Of a stretch of 64,000 nucleotides of DNA, positions 25,423-40,400 are shown in pieces. Position numbers and translations under genes: made by a program. Position 1 is the stretch's first letter. Every line of letters starts with the position of its first letter. Below the pieces are notes generated by a model that saw only the letters and a list, made by a program, of their open reading frames with translations, was not told the DNA's origin and did no database searches. Source of the stretch: the human T2T-CHM13v2.0 reference genome, Homo sapiens; the NCBI RefSeq assembly GCF_009914755.1, contig NC_060934.1; one strand, given 5' to 3'.

Positions 25423-28400
25423 AATGGAATGGAATGGTCTCGAATGGAATGGAATGGAATTTAATGGAACGGACTCTAATCGAAAGGAATCTCATGGAAT
25501 GCAAAGAATGGACTCGAATGGAATAGAAAGGAGTGGACTTGAATTTAATGGAATGCAATGGAAAGGACTGCAATGGAATGAAATGGAATGGCCTCGAATG
25601 GAATGCAGTGGAATTGAATGGTCTCGAAAGGAATAGAATGGAATGCAATAGAATGGACTCAAATGAAATGGAATGGAATTCACTCCAATGGAATTTAATG
25701 GAAAGGAATGGAAAGGAATGGATTGGAATGGAATGGACTCAAATGGAATGGAATGGAATTGACTTGAATGGAATTGACTCGAGTGGAATGGAATGGAATT
25801 GAATGGAATGGAAAGGAAAGGCATGGACTAGAATGGATTTGAATGGAATGGAAAGGAAAGGAATGGACTAGAATGGAATGGAATGGAATTATCACAAAAG
25901 GAATGGAATGAAATGGAAAGAAATGGACTCAAATGGAATGGAAAGGAATGGAATGGACACATATGGAATGGAATGAAAAGACTGAAATGGAAAAGAAAGG
26001 AAAGGACATGGACTCGAATTGAATGGAAAGGAATGGACTCGAATGGAATGAACTTGAATAGAATGGAATGGAATGGACACGAATGGAATGGAATGGACTA
26101 GAATGGAATGGAGTGTAGTGGAATTGACTCGAGTGGAATGGAGTGAAATGGAATGGACTCGAATGAAATGGAATGCAATTGAATGGACTCGAATGGATTT
26201 GAATGGAATGAAAAGGACTTGAATGGAATGGAAGGGAAACGAATGGCATGGAATGGAACGGAATGGAATGGAGTGGAATGAAATGGAATGGACTCGAATG
26301 GAATGGAATGGACGTAAATGGAATAGAATGGAATGGAGTGGAATGGACTCGAATGTAATGTAATGGAATGTAGTTGAATGGAATGAAATGGACACGAATG
26401 GAATGGAATGGAATCGAATAGAATGAAATGGGATGGAATGGATTTGAGTGGAAAGGAATGGAATTGAATGTACTCAAATCGAATGGACTGGACTGGAATG
26501 GAATGTAATGGATTTCAGTGGAAAGAAATGGAATTGAATGTACTCAAATGGAATGGAATGGAATGGAATGGACTCGAATGGAATGGAATGGAATGGATTC
26601 GAGTGGAATGGAATGGAATTGAATGTACTCAAATGGAATGGAATGGAATAGAATTGACTCTAATTGAATGGAATGGAATGGACTCGAATGGAATGGACTG
26701 GACACGAATGGAATTGAATGCATTGGAATGGACTCGAATGGATTGTAATAGAATGGACTCGATTGGAATTGAGTGGACTTGAATGGACTCAAATTGAAAG
26801 AGTTGGAATAATCTTTAATGGAATGAAATGGAATGGAATGGAATTGAGTCAAATGGAATTGACTCCAGTGGAATGGAATGGACTTCAATGGAATGGAAAG
26901 GAAAGGAATGGAGTAGAATGGAATGGAATGGAATGATCACGAATGGAACGGAATGGAATGGAAAGAAATGGACTCAAATGGAATGGAAAGGAATGGAATG
27001 GACTCTAATGGAATGGAGTGCAAAAGACTAACATGGAAAAGAATGGAAAGGAATGGACTCGAATGGAATGTTCTCGAATAGAATTGAATGGAATGGACTC
27101 TAATGGAATGGAGTGGAATGAAATCGACTCAAGTGGAATGGAGTGGAATCAAATGGACTCGAATGAAATGGAATGCAATTTAATAAATTTGAATGGAATG
27201 GAATGGAATGGAATGGACTCGAATGGAATGGAAGGGACATGAATGGCCTGGAATGGAATGGAATGGACCCGAATTGAATGGAATGGAATGGACACGAATG
27301 GAATGGAATGGAAAGGAATGGAATGGAATGGAATGAAATGGAAATTACTCGAATGGAATGGACTCGAATGGAATGAAATGGAATGGAATGGACATGAATG
27401 GAATGGAATGGACCCGAATTGAATGGAATGGAATGGACACAAATGGAACGGAATGGAAAGGAATGGAATGGAATGGAATGAAATGGAAATTACTCGAATG
27501 GAATGGAATGGACTCGAATGGAATGGAATGGAATGGACATGAATGGAATAGAATGGAATGGATTCGAAAGCAACGGAATGGAATGGAATGAACCCGAATG
27601 GAATGGAATGGATTGGAATTTATTTGAATGCAACGGAATGGAATGGAATGAACTCAAATGGAATGGAATGGAATGGAATGGGAACGGCTTGAGTGGAATG
27701 GAATGCAATGGAATTGAATGGAATGGAATGGACTCGAATGGAATGGAAATGAATGGAATGGACTCGAGTGGAATGGAATGGAATGGAATCGACTCAAGTT
27801 GAATGGAATGGAATGAAATGGACTCGAATGAAATTAAATGCAATGGAATGAAATCGAGTGTAAAGGAATGGAATTTCCCCGAATGGAGTTCAATAGAATG
27901 GAAAAGATTCGAATGGAATGAATGGAATTGAAAGGTATTTAATGGAATGGAATGGACTCGAAAGTAACGGAAAGGATTGGAATGGATTGAATGACTGGAA
28001 TTGAATGGAATGGACTCGAATGGAACGGAGTGAAATGGACTCGCAGTGAGTGGAATGGACTCGAATTCAAAGGAATGTAGTAGACCAGATTGGAATTGAA
28101 TGGAAGGGAATGGATTGGAATGTAATGGAATGGAATGATCTTGAATGGAATAGAATGGAATAGAATGGATTGGAATGGAGTGGAATGGTTTGGAATGGAC
28201 TCGATTGGAATGGAATGGAATGGAAGAGACTCGAATGGAATTGAATGCCATTTAATGGTTTGGTGTCTATTGGAATGGAGTCTAATGGAATGGAGGGGAG
28301 TCGAATGGAATAGAATGGAATGGAATGGACTCGAAAGGAATTTAATGCAATGGACACGAATGCAATGGAATGGAATGGACTGGTATTGAATGGAATAGAA

Positions 28401-31400
28401 TGGAATGGAATGGAATGGACTTGAATGAAATAGAATGGAATGGACTGGAATGTACTCGAATGAAATGGAATAGAATGGAATGGAATGGATTAGACTCGAA
28501 TGGAATGGAATGGAATGGAATGTACTAGAATGAAATAGAATAGAATGGAATGGAATGGACTCGAATGGAATGGAATGGACTCGAATGGAATGGAATGGAA
28601 AGGTATTGAATAGAATGCAATGTAATGGACTCGAATATAATGGAATGGAATGGAATTTAATGAAGAAGAATGGACTGGAATGGACTAGAACGGAATGGAC
28701 TCGAAAGGTATGTAATGTAATGGAATGAAATGGACTCGAATTGAATGGAAACTAATGGAATGAAATGGACTCAAATTGAATGGAATGGAATGGAATGGAA
28801 TGGAATGGAATGGAATGGAATGGAACGGAATGAAATGGACTCGAACGGATTGGAATGGAATGGAAGAGAAGAGAAGGGAATGGAATGGAATGGAAGGGAC
28901 TCGAATTGAATGGAAAGAAATGGAATGAAATGGACTCAAATGGAATGGAAAGGAACGGAATGAAAATGACTCAAACAGATTGGAATAGAATGGAATAGAA
29001 TGGAATGGAAGGGAAGGGAAGGGAAGTGAAGGGAACGGAATGGAAGGGAATGGAATGGAATGAAATGGAATGGAAAGGAATGGAATGGAATGGAATAGAA
29101 TTGAATGGAGTGGATTAGTGTGGAATGGATCGGAGTACAATGGAATGGAATGGAATTGAATGGACTCGAAAGGAATGGAATGGAAAGAATGGAGTCGAAT
29201 TGAATGGAGTCAATGGACTCGAATGGAATGGACTCCCATGGAAACGAATGGAATGGAATCAACTAGAGTGGAATTGAAGGGCATGGAATGGAATGCACTC
29301 CAAAGGCATGGAATGGAATTGAATCGAATGGAGCAGAAAGTAATGGACACGAATAGAATGGAATGGAATGAAATGGACTCGAATGGAATGGAATGGAATT
29401 GAATGGATTCGCATCGAATGGAATGGAATGGACTCGAATGCAATGGAATGGAATTGAATGGATTCGCATCGAATGGAATGAAATGGAATGGAATGGACTC
29501 GAATGCAATGGAATGGAATAGACTCGAATGGAATGGAATGGAATAGAATGGAACGGAATGGAATGGGATGGAATGGAATGGAAGGGAATGGAATGGAATG
29601 AAATAGAATGGAATGGAATCAAAAGAAATGGATTGGATTGGAACGGACTCGAATGGAATGCAGTGGAATGGACTCGAATACAATGGAATGGACTCGAATG
29701 GAATGGAATTGAAAGGAAACAACTCTAGTGCAATGGAATGTACTGGAATGGAATAGAATGGAAAGGAATGAAATGGAATGGCATGGCATGGAATGGAATG
29801 GAATGTACTCCAATGGAATGGAATGGAATGGAATGGACTCGAATGGAATGGAATGGAAAGGAATGGACTCGAATGGAATAGAATGCAATGGAAAGGAATG
29901 GACTTCAATGGAAAGGCATGGACTAGAATGGAACGGAATAAACCCGAATGTATTGTAATGGAATCAAATTGAATGGACTTGAAAGTAATGGAATGGAATG
30001 GACTGGATTCAAATGGAATGTAATTGAATGGAATGGACTCGAAAGGAATGGAATGGAATGGACCCGAATCAAGTGGGATGCAATGTAATGGAATGGAAGG
30101 GAATGGAATAGAATGGAATGGAATGGACTAGAACGGAATGGAATTGAATTGAATGGGATCGAAATGAATGGAATGGAGTGGAAGAATAAGAATGGAAAGG
30201 AAAGGAATGGAATGGACTAGAATGGAACGGAATGGAAAGGAACAGAATGGAATGGAATGGAATGGGCTCCAATGGAAGGGAAAGAACTCGAATGGAATGG
30301 AATAGTACGGAATTGAATCGAGTGGAATGGAAGGAACGGAATGGAATGGACTCTAATGGAAAGGAATTGAATGGACTCGAATGGAATGGAATGGAATGAA
30401 ATCAACTTGAGTGGAATGGAATGTAATGGAATGGAATGGACTCAAATGGAAATGAAAGGAATTGACTCGAAAGAAATAGGAAGGATTGGACTTGAATGGA
30501 CTGTAATGCAATGGAATGGAATGGAATGGAATGGACTCGAATGTAATGGAGTGGAATGGAATGGAATGGAATGGACTCAAATGGAATGGAGTGGAATGGA
30601 ATCTAATAGAATGGAATGGAATTGAATGGACTCAAATAGAATGGAATGTAATGGTATGGAATGGACTCTAATGGAATGGAATGTAATGGAATGAAATGGA
30701 CTCGAATGGAATGGAACAGAATGGAATGGACTCGAATGGAATGGAATGGAGTGGACTCGAATGGAATGGAATGGAATTTACCCAAACAAAATGGACTGGA
30801 CTCGAATGGAATTGAATGTAATGGAAAAGACTACAGTCAAATGTAATATAATAGAATGGAATGGACTCGAATGGAATGGAATAGAAAGGAATGGACTCGA
30901 ATGAAATGGAATGGAAAGGAATGGACAAAAATGTAATGGAATGGATCCAATGGAATGGAATCGAATAGAATGAAAAGGAATGGACCGGAATGGAATGGAA
31001 TGGAATGGATTGGAATGGAATGGAATGGAATGTACACGCATGGAAGGGAATGGAATGGAAAGGAATAGATTGGACTCAAATGGAATGGAATGTTATGGTT
31101 TTGAAAGGAATGTAATGTAATGGAATTGAATGGAACTGAAAGGAATGGAATGAAATGGAATGGACTCGAATGGAATGGAATGGAATGGAATGGAATGGTA
31201 TGGAATGGAATGGAATGGTATGGAATGGAATGGAATGGACTCGAATGAAGTGGAATGGAATAGAATGGAATGGAATGGACTCGAGTGGAATGGAATGGAA
31301 AGGAATCGACTTGAAAGGAATGGAAAGGAAAGGAATGGATTCGAATGGAATGGAATGGACCCGAATGGAATTGAATGGAATCAAATGGAATGAAATGGAC

Positions 31401-34400
31401 TGGAATGCAATGGAATGAAATTAAATGCGCTTGAATGGAATAGAATTTAATGGGATGGATTGGACTCAAAAGGAATGGAAAGTTATAGATTCGAAACGAA
31501 TGGAATGGAATGGAATGGACTTGAATGGAATGGAATGGAATGGAATCTAATGTAGTACAATGGAATGGAATGGAACAGACTCGAATGTAGTAGAATGGGC
31601 TCGAATGGAATAGAATGGAATAGAAAGGAATGGACTTGAATGGAATGGAATGGCACAGACTCGAATGGAATGGAATGGAAAGGACACGACTGTAATGTAA
31701 TGGAATCAAATGGATTGGACACGAATGCAATGGAATGGAACGGAATGGAATGGAATGGAATGGAACCGAATTGAACTGAATGGAATGGAATGGAATGGAA
31801 GAGAATGGAATTGAATGGAATGGACTCGAACGGAAAGGAAAGGAATTGAATGGACTCGAAAGGAATGGAATGGAATGGAATGCAATGGAATGGAAAGTGA
31901 TGGAATGGAATGGAATGCACTTGATTGGAATGGAATAGGATCAAATGGAAGGTTAAGAGTTCGAGTGGAATTGAATGGTATGGAATCGACACAAGTGGAA
32001 TGGAATGGAATGGAATGGACATGAAAGGAACAGAATGGAATGAAATTGAGTCGAGTGGAATGTAATGTAATGGAATGGAAAGGAATCAAATGGAATGGAA
32101 AGGAATTGACTCGAATAGAATAGGAAAGAATGGACGCAAATGAAATGGAATGCAATGAAATGGACTCTAATGGAATGTAATGGAAAGAAATGGACTCAAA
32201 AGGAATGGAATGGACTCGAATGCAATGGAACGGAATGGAATTGAATGTGATGAAAGGGAATGTAATCGAATCGAATGCAATGGAAAGGAATGGACACTAA
32301 TGGAATGGAATGGAATGGAATGGAATGGACTGGAATGGAATGGAATGGAATGGAATGGACTTGAATGGAAAAGAAAGGAATCTAATGGAATGGACTCGAG
32401 TGAAATGGAATGGACACGAATGAAATGCAATGGAATAGAATGGACTAGAATGGAATTCAGTGGAATTTAATGGAATGGAGTGTAATGGAATGGAATAGGA
32501 ATGGACTCGAATGGAATAGAATGGAATGGACTCGAATGAAATGGAATGCAATGGAATGGACTCGAATGGAATGGACACGAATGCAATGGAATGGAATTGA
32601 ATGGACACGAAAAGAATGGAATGGAATGCAATGGAATGGACTCGAATGCAATGGAATGGAATGGACACGAATGGAATGGAATGGAATGGAATGGAATACA
32701 ATAAAATGTACTCGAATGGAATGGAAAGAAAGGAATCGAATGGAATGAAATGCAATGGAATGGACAAGAATGGAACGGAATGGAATTGACTCGAATGGAA
32801 TTGAATGGAATGGAATGGACTCGAATGGAATGCAATGGAATGGACTCGAATTTAATTCAATTGTTTCAAATGCAATGGAATGGAATGGAATGGACTCAAA
32901 TGGAATGGAAAGGGCTCGAATGGAATGGAATGGAATGAAATGGAATGGACTCAAATGGAATGGAAAGGAACGGATTCGAATGGAATAGAATGGAATGGAA
33001 TCAAATGGAATGGATTGGAATTAAATGGACTCGAATGGGAAGGAATGGAATGCACACGAATGGAATGAAATGGAATGGAGTCGAATGGAATGGAATGGAA
33101 TGCAATGGACTCGAATGGAATGGAATGGACTCGAATGGAATGGAATGGAATGGAATGTACGCGAATGAAATTGAATGGAATTGAATGGAATGCAATGGAC
33201 TCGTATAGAATAGAATGGAATGGATTCGAAAGGAATGGAGTGGAATGGAATGGACTTAATTGGAATGGAGTCGAATGGACTCGAATGGAATGGAATGGAA
33301 TTGAATGGACTCGAATGGAATGGAATGGACTCGTATAGAATAGAATGGAATGGATTCGAAAGGAATGGAGTGGAATGGAATGGACTTAATTGGAATGGAG
33401 TCAAATGGACTCGAATGGAATGGAATGGAATTGAATGGACTCAAATGGAATGGAATGGAATGGAATGGAATGCAATGGAATCGAATGGAAAGGAATGTAA
33501 TGGAAAGAAAAGGACTCGAATGGAACGGAATGGAATGGAATGGACTCAAATGGAATGGAATGGAATGGAATGCAATGGACTCGAGAGGAATGCAATTGAA
33601 TTGAATGTACTCAAAAGGAATGGAAAGGATTGGAATGCAATGGAATGAACTCGAATGGAATGGAATGGAATGGACTCGAATGGAATGGAAGGGAATGGAC
33701 ACGAATGGAATGGACCGGAATGGAATAGAATGGAATGGAATGGAAAGGATTCGAATGGAATGGAAAGGAATGGAATGGAATGGACCAAATTTAAATGGAA
33801 TGGAATGGAACGGAATGGAATGGAATGGAATGGAAGGGAATGGAATTGAATCAATTCCAATGGTATGCAATGGCATGGAATGGATTCGAATGGAGTGGAA
33901 TGGAATGGATTCGAATGCAATGGAAAGGACACGAATGGAAGGGAATGGAATGTAATGGACTCGAATGGAATCGAATGGAATTTAATGAATGGACTCTAAT
34001 GGAATGGAATGGAATGGACTCAAAAGGAATAGAATGGAAAGGATTTGAATGCAATAGAAAATAATGGAATGGACTCGAATGGAATGCAATGGAATCAAAC
34101 GAAATGGAGTGGAATGGAATGGAGTCTAATGCAATAGAACGGAATTTACCGGATTGAACTCTAACGGAATTTACCAGATTGAACTCTAACGGAATGGACT
34201 CTAATGAAAGGGAAAGGAATGGGCTCAAATAGATTGGAATAGAATGGACATGAATGGAATGAAATGGAATGGAATGAATTGTGGAATGGAAGGAATGGAA
34301 TGCCTGGAATGGAACGGACTTGAATGGAATAGAATGGAATGGAATGGACTGGACTCGAATGAAATGGAATGGAATGGAAACGAATGGAATGGAATCGAAT

Positions 34401-37400
34401 CAAATGGAATGGATTGGATTGGACTCGAATGGAATAGAGTGAAATGGACCAGACTGGAATGCAATGGAATGCATTCGAGTGGAATGGAATGGAATGCAAT
34501 TGACTCGAAAGGAATGGAGTGGAATGGATTCGAATGCAATGGAATGGATTGGAATTCACTTGAATGGAATAAAATAAAATGGAGTCGAATGTAATGGAAT
34601 GGTCACGAATGGAATGGAGTGGAATGGAATGGACTCGAATGGAATGGAAAGGAATGAACTCGAATGGAATGGAATGGAATGGTGCGGAATGGACTCAAAT
34701 GGAATGGAATTTAATGGACTCGATTCGAATGAAATACAATGGAATGGACTCGAATGTAATGGGATGGAATTTAATGGAATGGACTCTAATGGAATGGAAA
34801 GGAATGATTTGAATGGAATAGAATGGAATGGACTTGAATGGAATGGAATGCAATGGATTCAAATGGAATCAAATGGAATTCAATGCACTCAAATAGAACA
34901 GAATGTAACGGAATGGAATGGACTTGAATGGAACGGAAAGTAATGGAATGAAATGGACTCAAATGGAATGGAATGGAATGGAATGGACTCGAATGCAATG
35001 GAATGCAATGGAAAGGGATAGACTCGAATGGAATGCTGTTGAATGGAAAGGACTCGAAAGGAATGGAATGGAAAGGAATGGAATGGAATGGAATCCAATG
35101 GAATGGAATGGAATGGAATCGAATGGAATGGAATGGACTCGAATGGAATGGAAAGGAATCGACTCGAGTGGAATGGAATGGAAAGGAATGGACTCGAATG
35201 GAATGCAATGGAATGGTATGTACTCGAATGTGATGGAATGGAATGGAATGGAGTGCACTCCAATGGAATGGAATGGAACGTACCCGATTGGAATGGAATG
35301 GAATGGAATGGATTCGAATGGAAAGGCATGGAATGGAATGGCATGAACTCAAATATAATAGGATGAAATGGAATGGATTCGAACGCAATGGAATGCAAAG
35401 GAATGGACTCCAATGGAATGGAATGGAATGGAATGGAATGGAATGGAATGGAATGGACCTGAAAGGATTGGAATGGCATGGAATGGACCCGAATGGAATA
35501 GAATGAAATGTAATGGAATTGATTGGAATGGAATGGAATGGATTGGAATGGAATGGACTGGAATGGAATGGAATGGTATGGAATCGAATGGATTGGAATG
35601 GAATGGACTGGAATGGAATGGAATGGTATGGAATGCAATGGACGTGAATGGAAAAGAATGGAATGAAATGGAATGTATTCAAATGGAATGGAATGGAATG
35701 CAACCGAATGGAATGGAATTGAAGGTATTGAACTCGAATGGAATGGATTGGACACGAATGGAATGGAATGGAATAGATTGGACAAGAATGGAATGGAATG
35801 GAAAGGAAAGGAATGGACTTGAATGGAATGCCGTTGAAAGGAATGGACTCGATAGGAATGGAATGGAGAGGAATGGAATGGAATGGAATAGAATGGAATG
35901 GAATGGAATGAAATGGACTCGAATGGAGTGGAATGGACTCAAATGGAATGGAATGAAATGGACCAGAATGGAATGGAATAGAAAGGAATAGACTCGAATG
36001 GCATGGAATTGAATGGAATGGACTCCAGTGGAATGGAATGGACTGAACACGAATGGAATTCAATGGAATGGACTCCAATGGAATGGAATGCGGTGGAATG
36101 GACTCGAATGGATTGGAAAGGAATGGAAAAGAATGGAATGGAACAGAATGTACTCGAATGGAAAGGAATGGAATGGACTCAAATGGAATGGAATGGACTC
36201 AAATTTAATGGAATGGAATTTAATGGAATGGACTCTAATGGCATGGAAGGTAATGGAATGAAATAGACTCGAATGGAATGGAATGGAATGGAACGGAATG
36301 GACTCGAATGCAATGGAATGCAGTGGAATGGTTTCGACAGGAGTGGAATGGAATGGAATGGAATGGAGTGGACTCGAGTGAAAGGGAAAGCAATGGAATG
36401 GAACTCGAATGGAATGGAATGGAATGGACACGAATGTAATAAAATGGAGTGGAATGGACTCGAATAGAATGGAATGGATAGTAATGGACACGAATGTAAT
36501 GGAAAAGAATGGAATGGACTTGAAGTGAATGGAATGGAATGGACTCAAATGGAATGGAATGGAACGGTATGGACTCGAAAGGAATGGCATGGAATGGACT
36601 CCAATGGAATGGAATGGAATGGAATATACCGAATGGAAAGGAGTCGAATGGATTGGTATGTAATGGACTCCAATGGAAAGCCATTGAATGGAATGGCATG
36701 GAATGGAATGGACTCCAATGTAATTGGATGGAATGGAATGCATTCGAATGGAATGGAATACAAAGAAATAGGCTCCAATGGAATGGAATAGAATTGTCCC
36801 GAATGAAATGGAAAGGAATGGAAGGGATCAGAAGAGAATGGATTGGTATGGAATGGAATGGAATGGAATGGAATAGAATGGAATGGACTGGAATGGAATG
36901 GAATGGTATGGAATGGAATGGACTTGAATGGAATAGAATGGAATGAAATGGAATGTATTCGAATGGAATGGAATAGAATGGAACCGAACGGAATTGAATC
37001 GAATGGAGTGAAGTTGAATGGAATGGGATGGAATGGACTCGAAGGGAATGGAATGAAATGAAATGGACTCGAATGGAATTGAATTGAATGGAATGGAATG
37101 GACTGGACACGAACGTAATGAAATGAAATGGAATGGCCTCTAATGGAATTGAATGGAATGGAGTGGAAAGGAATGGACTCGAATGGAATGCAGTTGACTG
37201 GAATGGACTAGAAAGGAATGAAATGGAAAGGAATGGAATGGAAGGGACTCGAATGGAGTGGAATGGACTTCTATGGAATGCAATGGAGTGGAATGGAATG
37301 GACCCAAATGTAAGAGAATGGAATGGAATGGTATTTACTGGAATGAAATGGAACAGAAAGGAATGGACTCGAGTGGTATGTAATGGAATGGAATGGACAC

Positions 37401-40400
37401 GGAGAGAAAGGAATGGAATGGACTCAAATAGAATGGAGTGGAATGGGATGGACTTGAACGGAATTGAATTAAATTGAATGGACTCCAATGGAATGAAATG
37501 GAAATACGCGACTTGAATGTATTGGAATGGAATGGAATGGAAAGGAATTGCATGGAATGACATGGAATGGAATGGACTCAAATGTAATGGGATGGAATGG
37601 AATGGTCTCAAATGGAATGGAATGGAAAGGAATGGCATCCAATAGAATTGAATTGAATGGACCAAATGGAATAGAATGGAATGGATGAAATGTAATGTAA
37701 TGGAATGAAATGGACAAGAATGGAATAGAATGGTATGGAATGGAATGGACTTGAACGGTATAGAATGGAATTAAAGGGAATGTACTCGAATAGAATGGAA
37801 TGGAATGGACACAAATGGAATGGAATGGTATTGATTGAAGTCGAATGGAATGGAATGGATTGGAATGGATTCGAATGGATTGTAATGGAATGGAATGGAA
37901 TCGAATGGAATTGAATGGAGTGGAATGGAAAGGTACGGACACGAATGGAATGGAATGGACCCGAATGGAATGGAATGGAATGGAATGGAATGGAATGGAA
38001 TGGACCGCAATGGAATGGAATGGACCGGAATGGAATGGAATGGACTGGAATGTAATTGAATGGACTGGAATGCAACGGAATGGAATGGAATGGAAATGAC
38101 TTGAATGGAGTAGAATGGAATGGAATGGATTGGAATCGAGTGGAACTGAGTGGAACAGACTCGAATGGAATGGAATGGACACAAACGGAATGGAGTGGAA
38201 TGGAATGGAGTAGAATGCAAAAGAATGGAATTTACCAGATTGGACAGTAATGGAATGGACTCTAATGGAAAGGAGTGGAATAGACTTGAATCGAATAGAA
38301 TGAAATGGAATGGACTCGAATTGAAGGGAATGGAATGGACCCGAATGGAATGGAATGGAAAGGATTGAAGTCGAATGGAATGGAATGGAATGGAATGGAC
38401 TCGAATGGATTGGAATGGAATGGAATGGAATGGACTCGAATGGAAATGAATGGAATGGAATGTAAAGGAATGGACTTGAATGGAATGGAATGGACATGAA
38501 ACGAATGGAATGGAATGGAAAGGAATGAAAACGAATGGAATGGAATGGAATGGAATGGACTTGAGTGGAATAGAATGGAATGGAATGGATTGTAATCGAA
38601 TGGAATTCAATGGAACAGACTCGAATGGAATAGAATGGACACAAATGGAAAGGAGAGGAACGGAATGGAGTTGAATGCAGTAGAATGGATTTACGGATTG
38701 GACTCTAATGTAATGGATTCTAATGGAAAGGAATGAAATGGAATCCAATGGAATAGGATGGAATGGAATGGACTCGAATGGAATGGAATTGAATGGAATG
38801 GACACGAATGGAATGGAATGGAATGGAATGCAGTGGAATGGAATGGAATGGAATGGAATGGAATGGAAAGGAATGGAATGGAATGAATTTAATGGAATGA
38901 TATAGAATGGAATGGAATGGAATGGACTCGAATGAAATGGAATGGACTGGAAACGGATGGAATGGAATGGATTCGAATGGAATGGAATGGAATGGACATG
39001 AGTGGAATTGAGTGGAATGGAATGGAAGGGAATGGATTCGAATGCAATGGAATGGACTGGAATTCACTTGAATGGAATAGAATGGAATGGAGTCGAATGT
39101 AATGGAATGGACACGCATAGACTGGAATGGAATGGAATGGACTCGAATGGAATAAAGTGGAATGGACTCGAATGGAATGGAATGCAATGGAATGAACTCG
39201 AGTGGAATGGAATGGAATGGATTCGAATGGAATGGTATGGACTCATAATGAAATGGAATGGAATGGATAGGACTTGAAAGAAATGTAATACAATGGAATG
39301 GACTCGAATGGAATGGACCTAAATGTAATGAAATGGAATGGAATGAAATGGACTCGAATGGAATGGAATGGAAATGAATGGACTCGAAAGGATTGTAATG
39401 GAATGGAATGGACTCAAAGGGAATGGAATGGAATGGACTCGAATGGAATAGAATGGAATGTTATGGTCTCAAATGGAATGGAAATGAATGTAATAGATTC
39501 CAAAGGAATGGAAAGGAATGTACCCAAATGGAATGGAATGGAATGGAATGGACAGGAATGGGATGCCATGGAATAGAATGGACTCGAATGTAGTGGGTTG
39601 GAATGGAATGGACTTGAATGGAATGGAATGGAAAGGAATCCAGTGGAATGGCATGGAATGGACTTGAATGGAATGGAAAGGAATGGAATGGACCCAAATG
39701 GAATGGACTCGAATGGAATGGAATGGAAAGGAATGGAATGAAATGGAATGCAATGGACTCAAATGGAATAGAATGGAATGGAATGGAACCGAATGGAATG
39801 GAATGGAGTGGAATGCAATGAAAGGAAAGGAATGGAAACAACTTCATTGCAATAGAATGGAATGGAATGGATTGGAATCAAATGGAATTGAATGGAATCG
39901 AATAAACTAAAATGGAATGGAGTGGAATGGAACTGAGTCGAAAGCAATAGAATGGAATATTCCGGATTGGACTCTAATGGAATGAACTCTAACGGAAAGG
40001 AATGAAAAGGACTCCAATGGAATAGAATGGAAAGGAATGGACTCGAATGGAAGGTAATGGAATGAACCCGAATTGAATGGATTGTACTCGAACGGAATGG
40101 AAAAGAAAGGACATGAATGGAATGGAATGGAATGGAATGAAATGGACCGGAATGGATTGGAATGGAATGGAATGTATGGAATGGAATTGAATGCGCTTGA
40201 ATGGAATAGAATTGATTGTACTCAAATGAAATGGAATGTAATGGATACGAGTGGAATGGAATGGACTCGAATGGCATGCAATGGAATAGAATGTACTCGA
40301 ATGGAATGGAATGGAATTTTATCAAATGGACTCTAATGGAATGGAATGCAATGGACTGCAGTGGAAAAGAATGGAATGGAATGGACTCGAATAGAATGGA

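Noticed and set aside
29008-29050. Purine-rich (GGAAG)n patch as a triplex or G4 element
   Set aside because: It is short and arises from simple T-to-G variants of the pentamer, so it is used only as a landmark.
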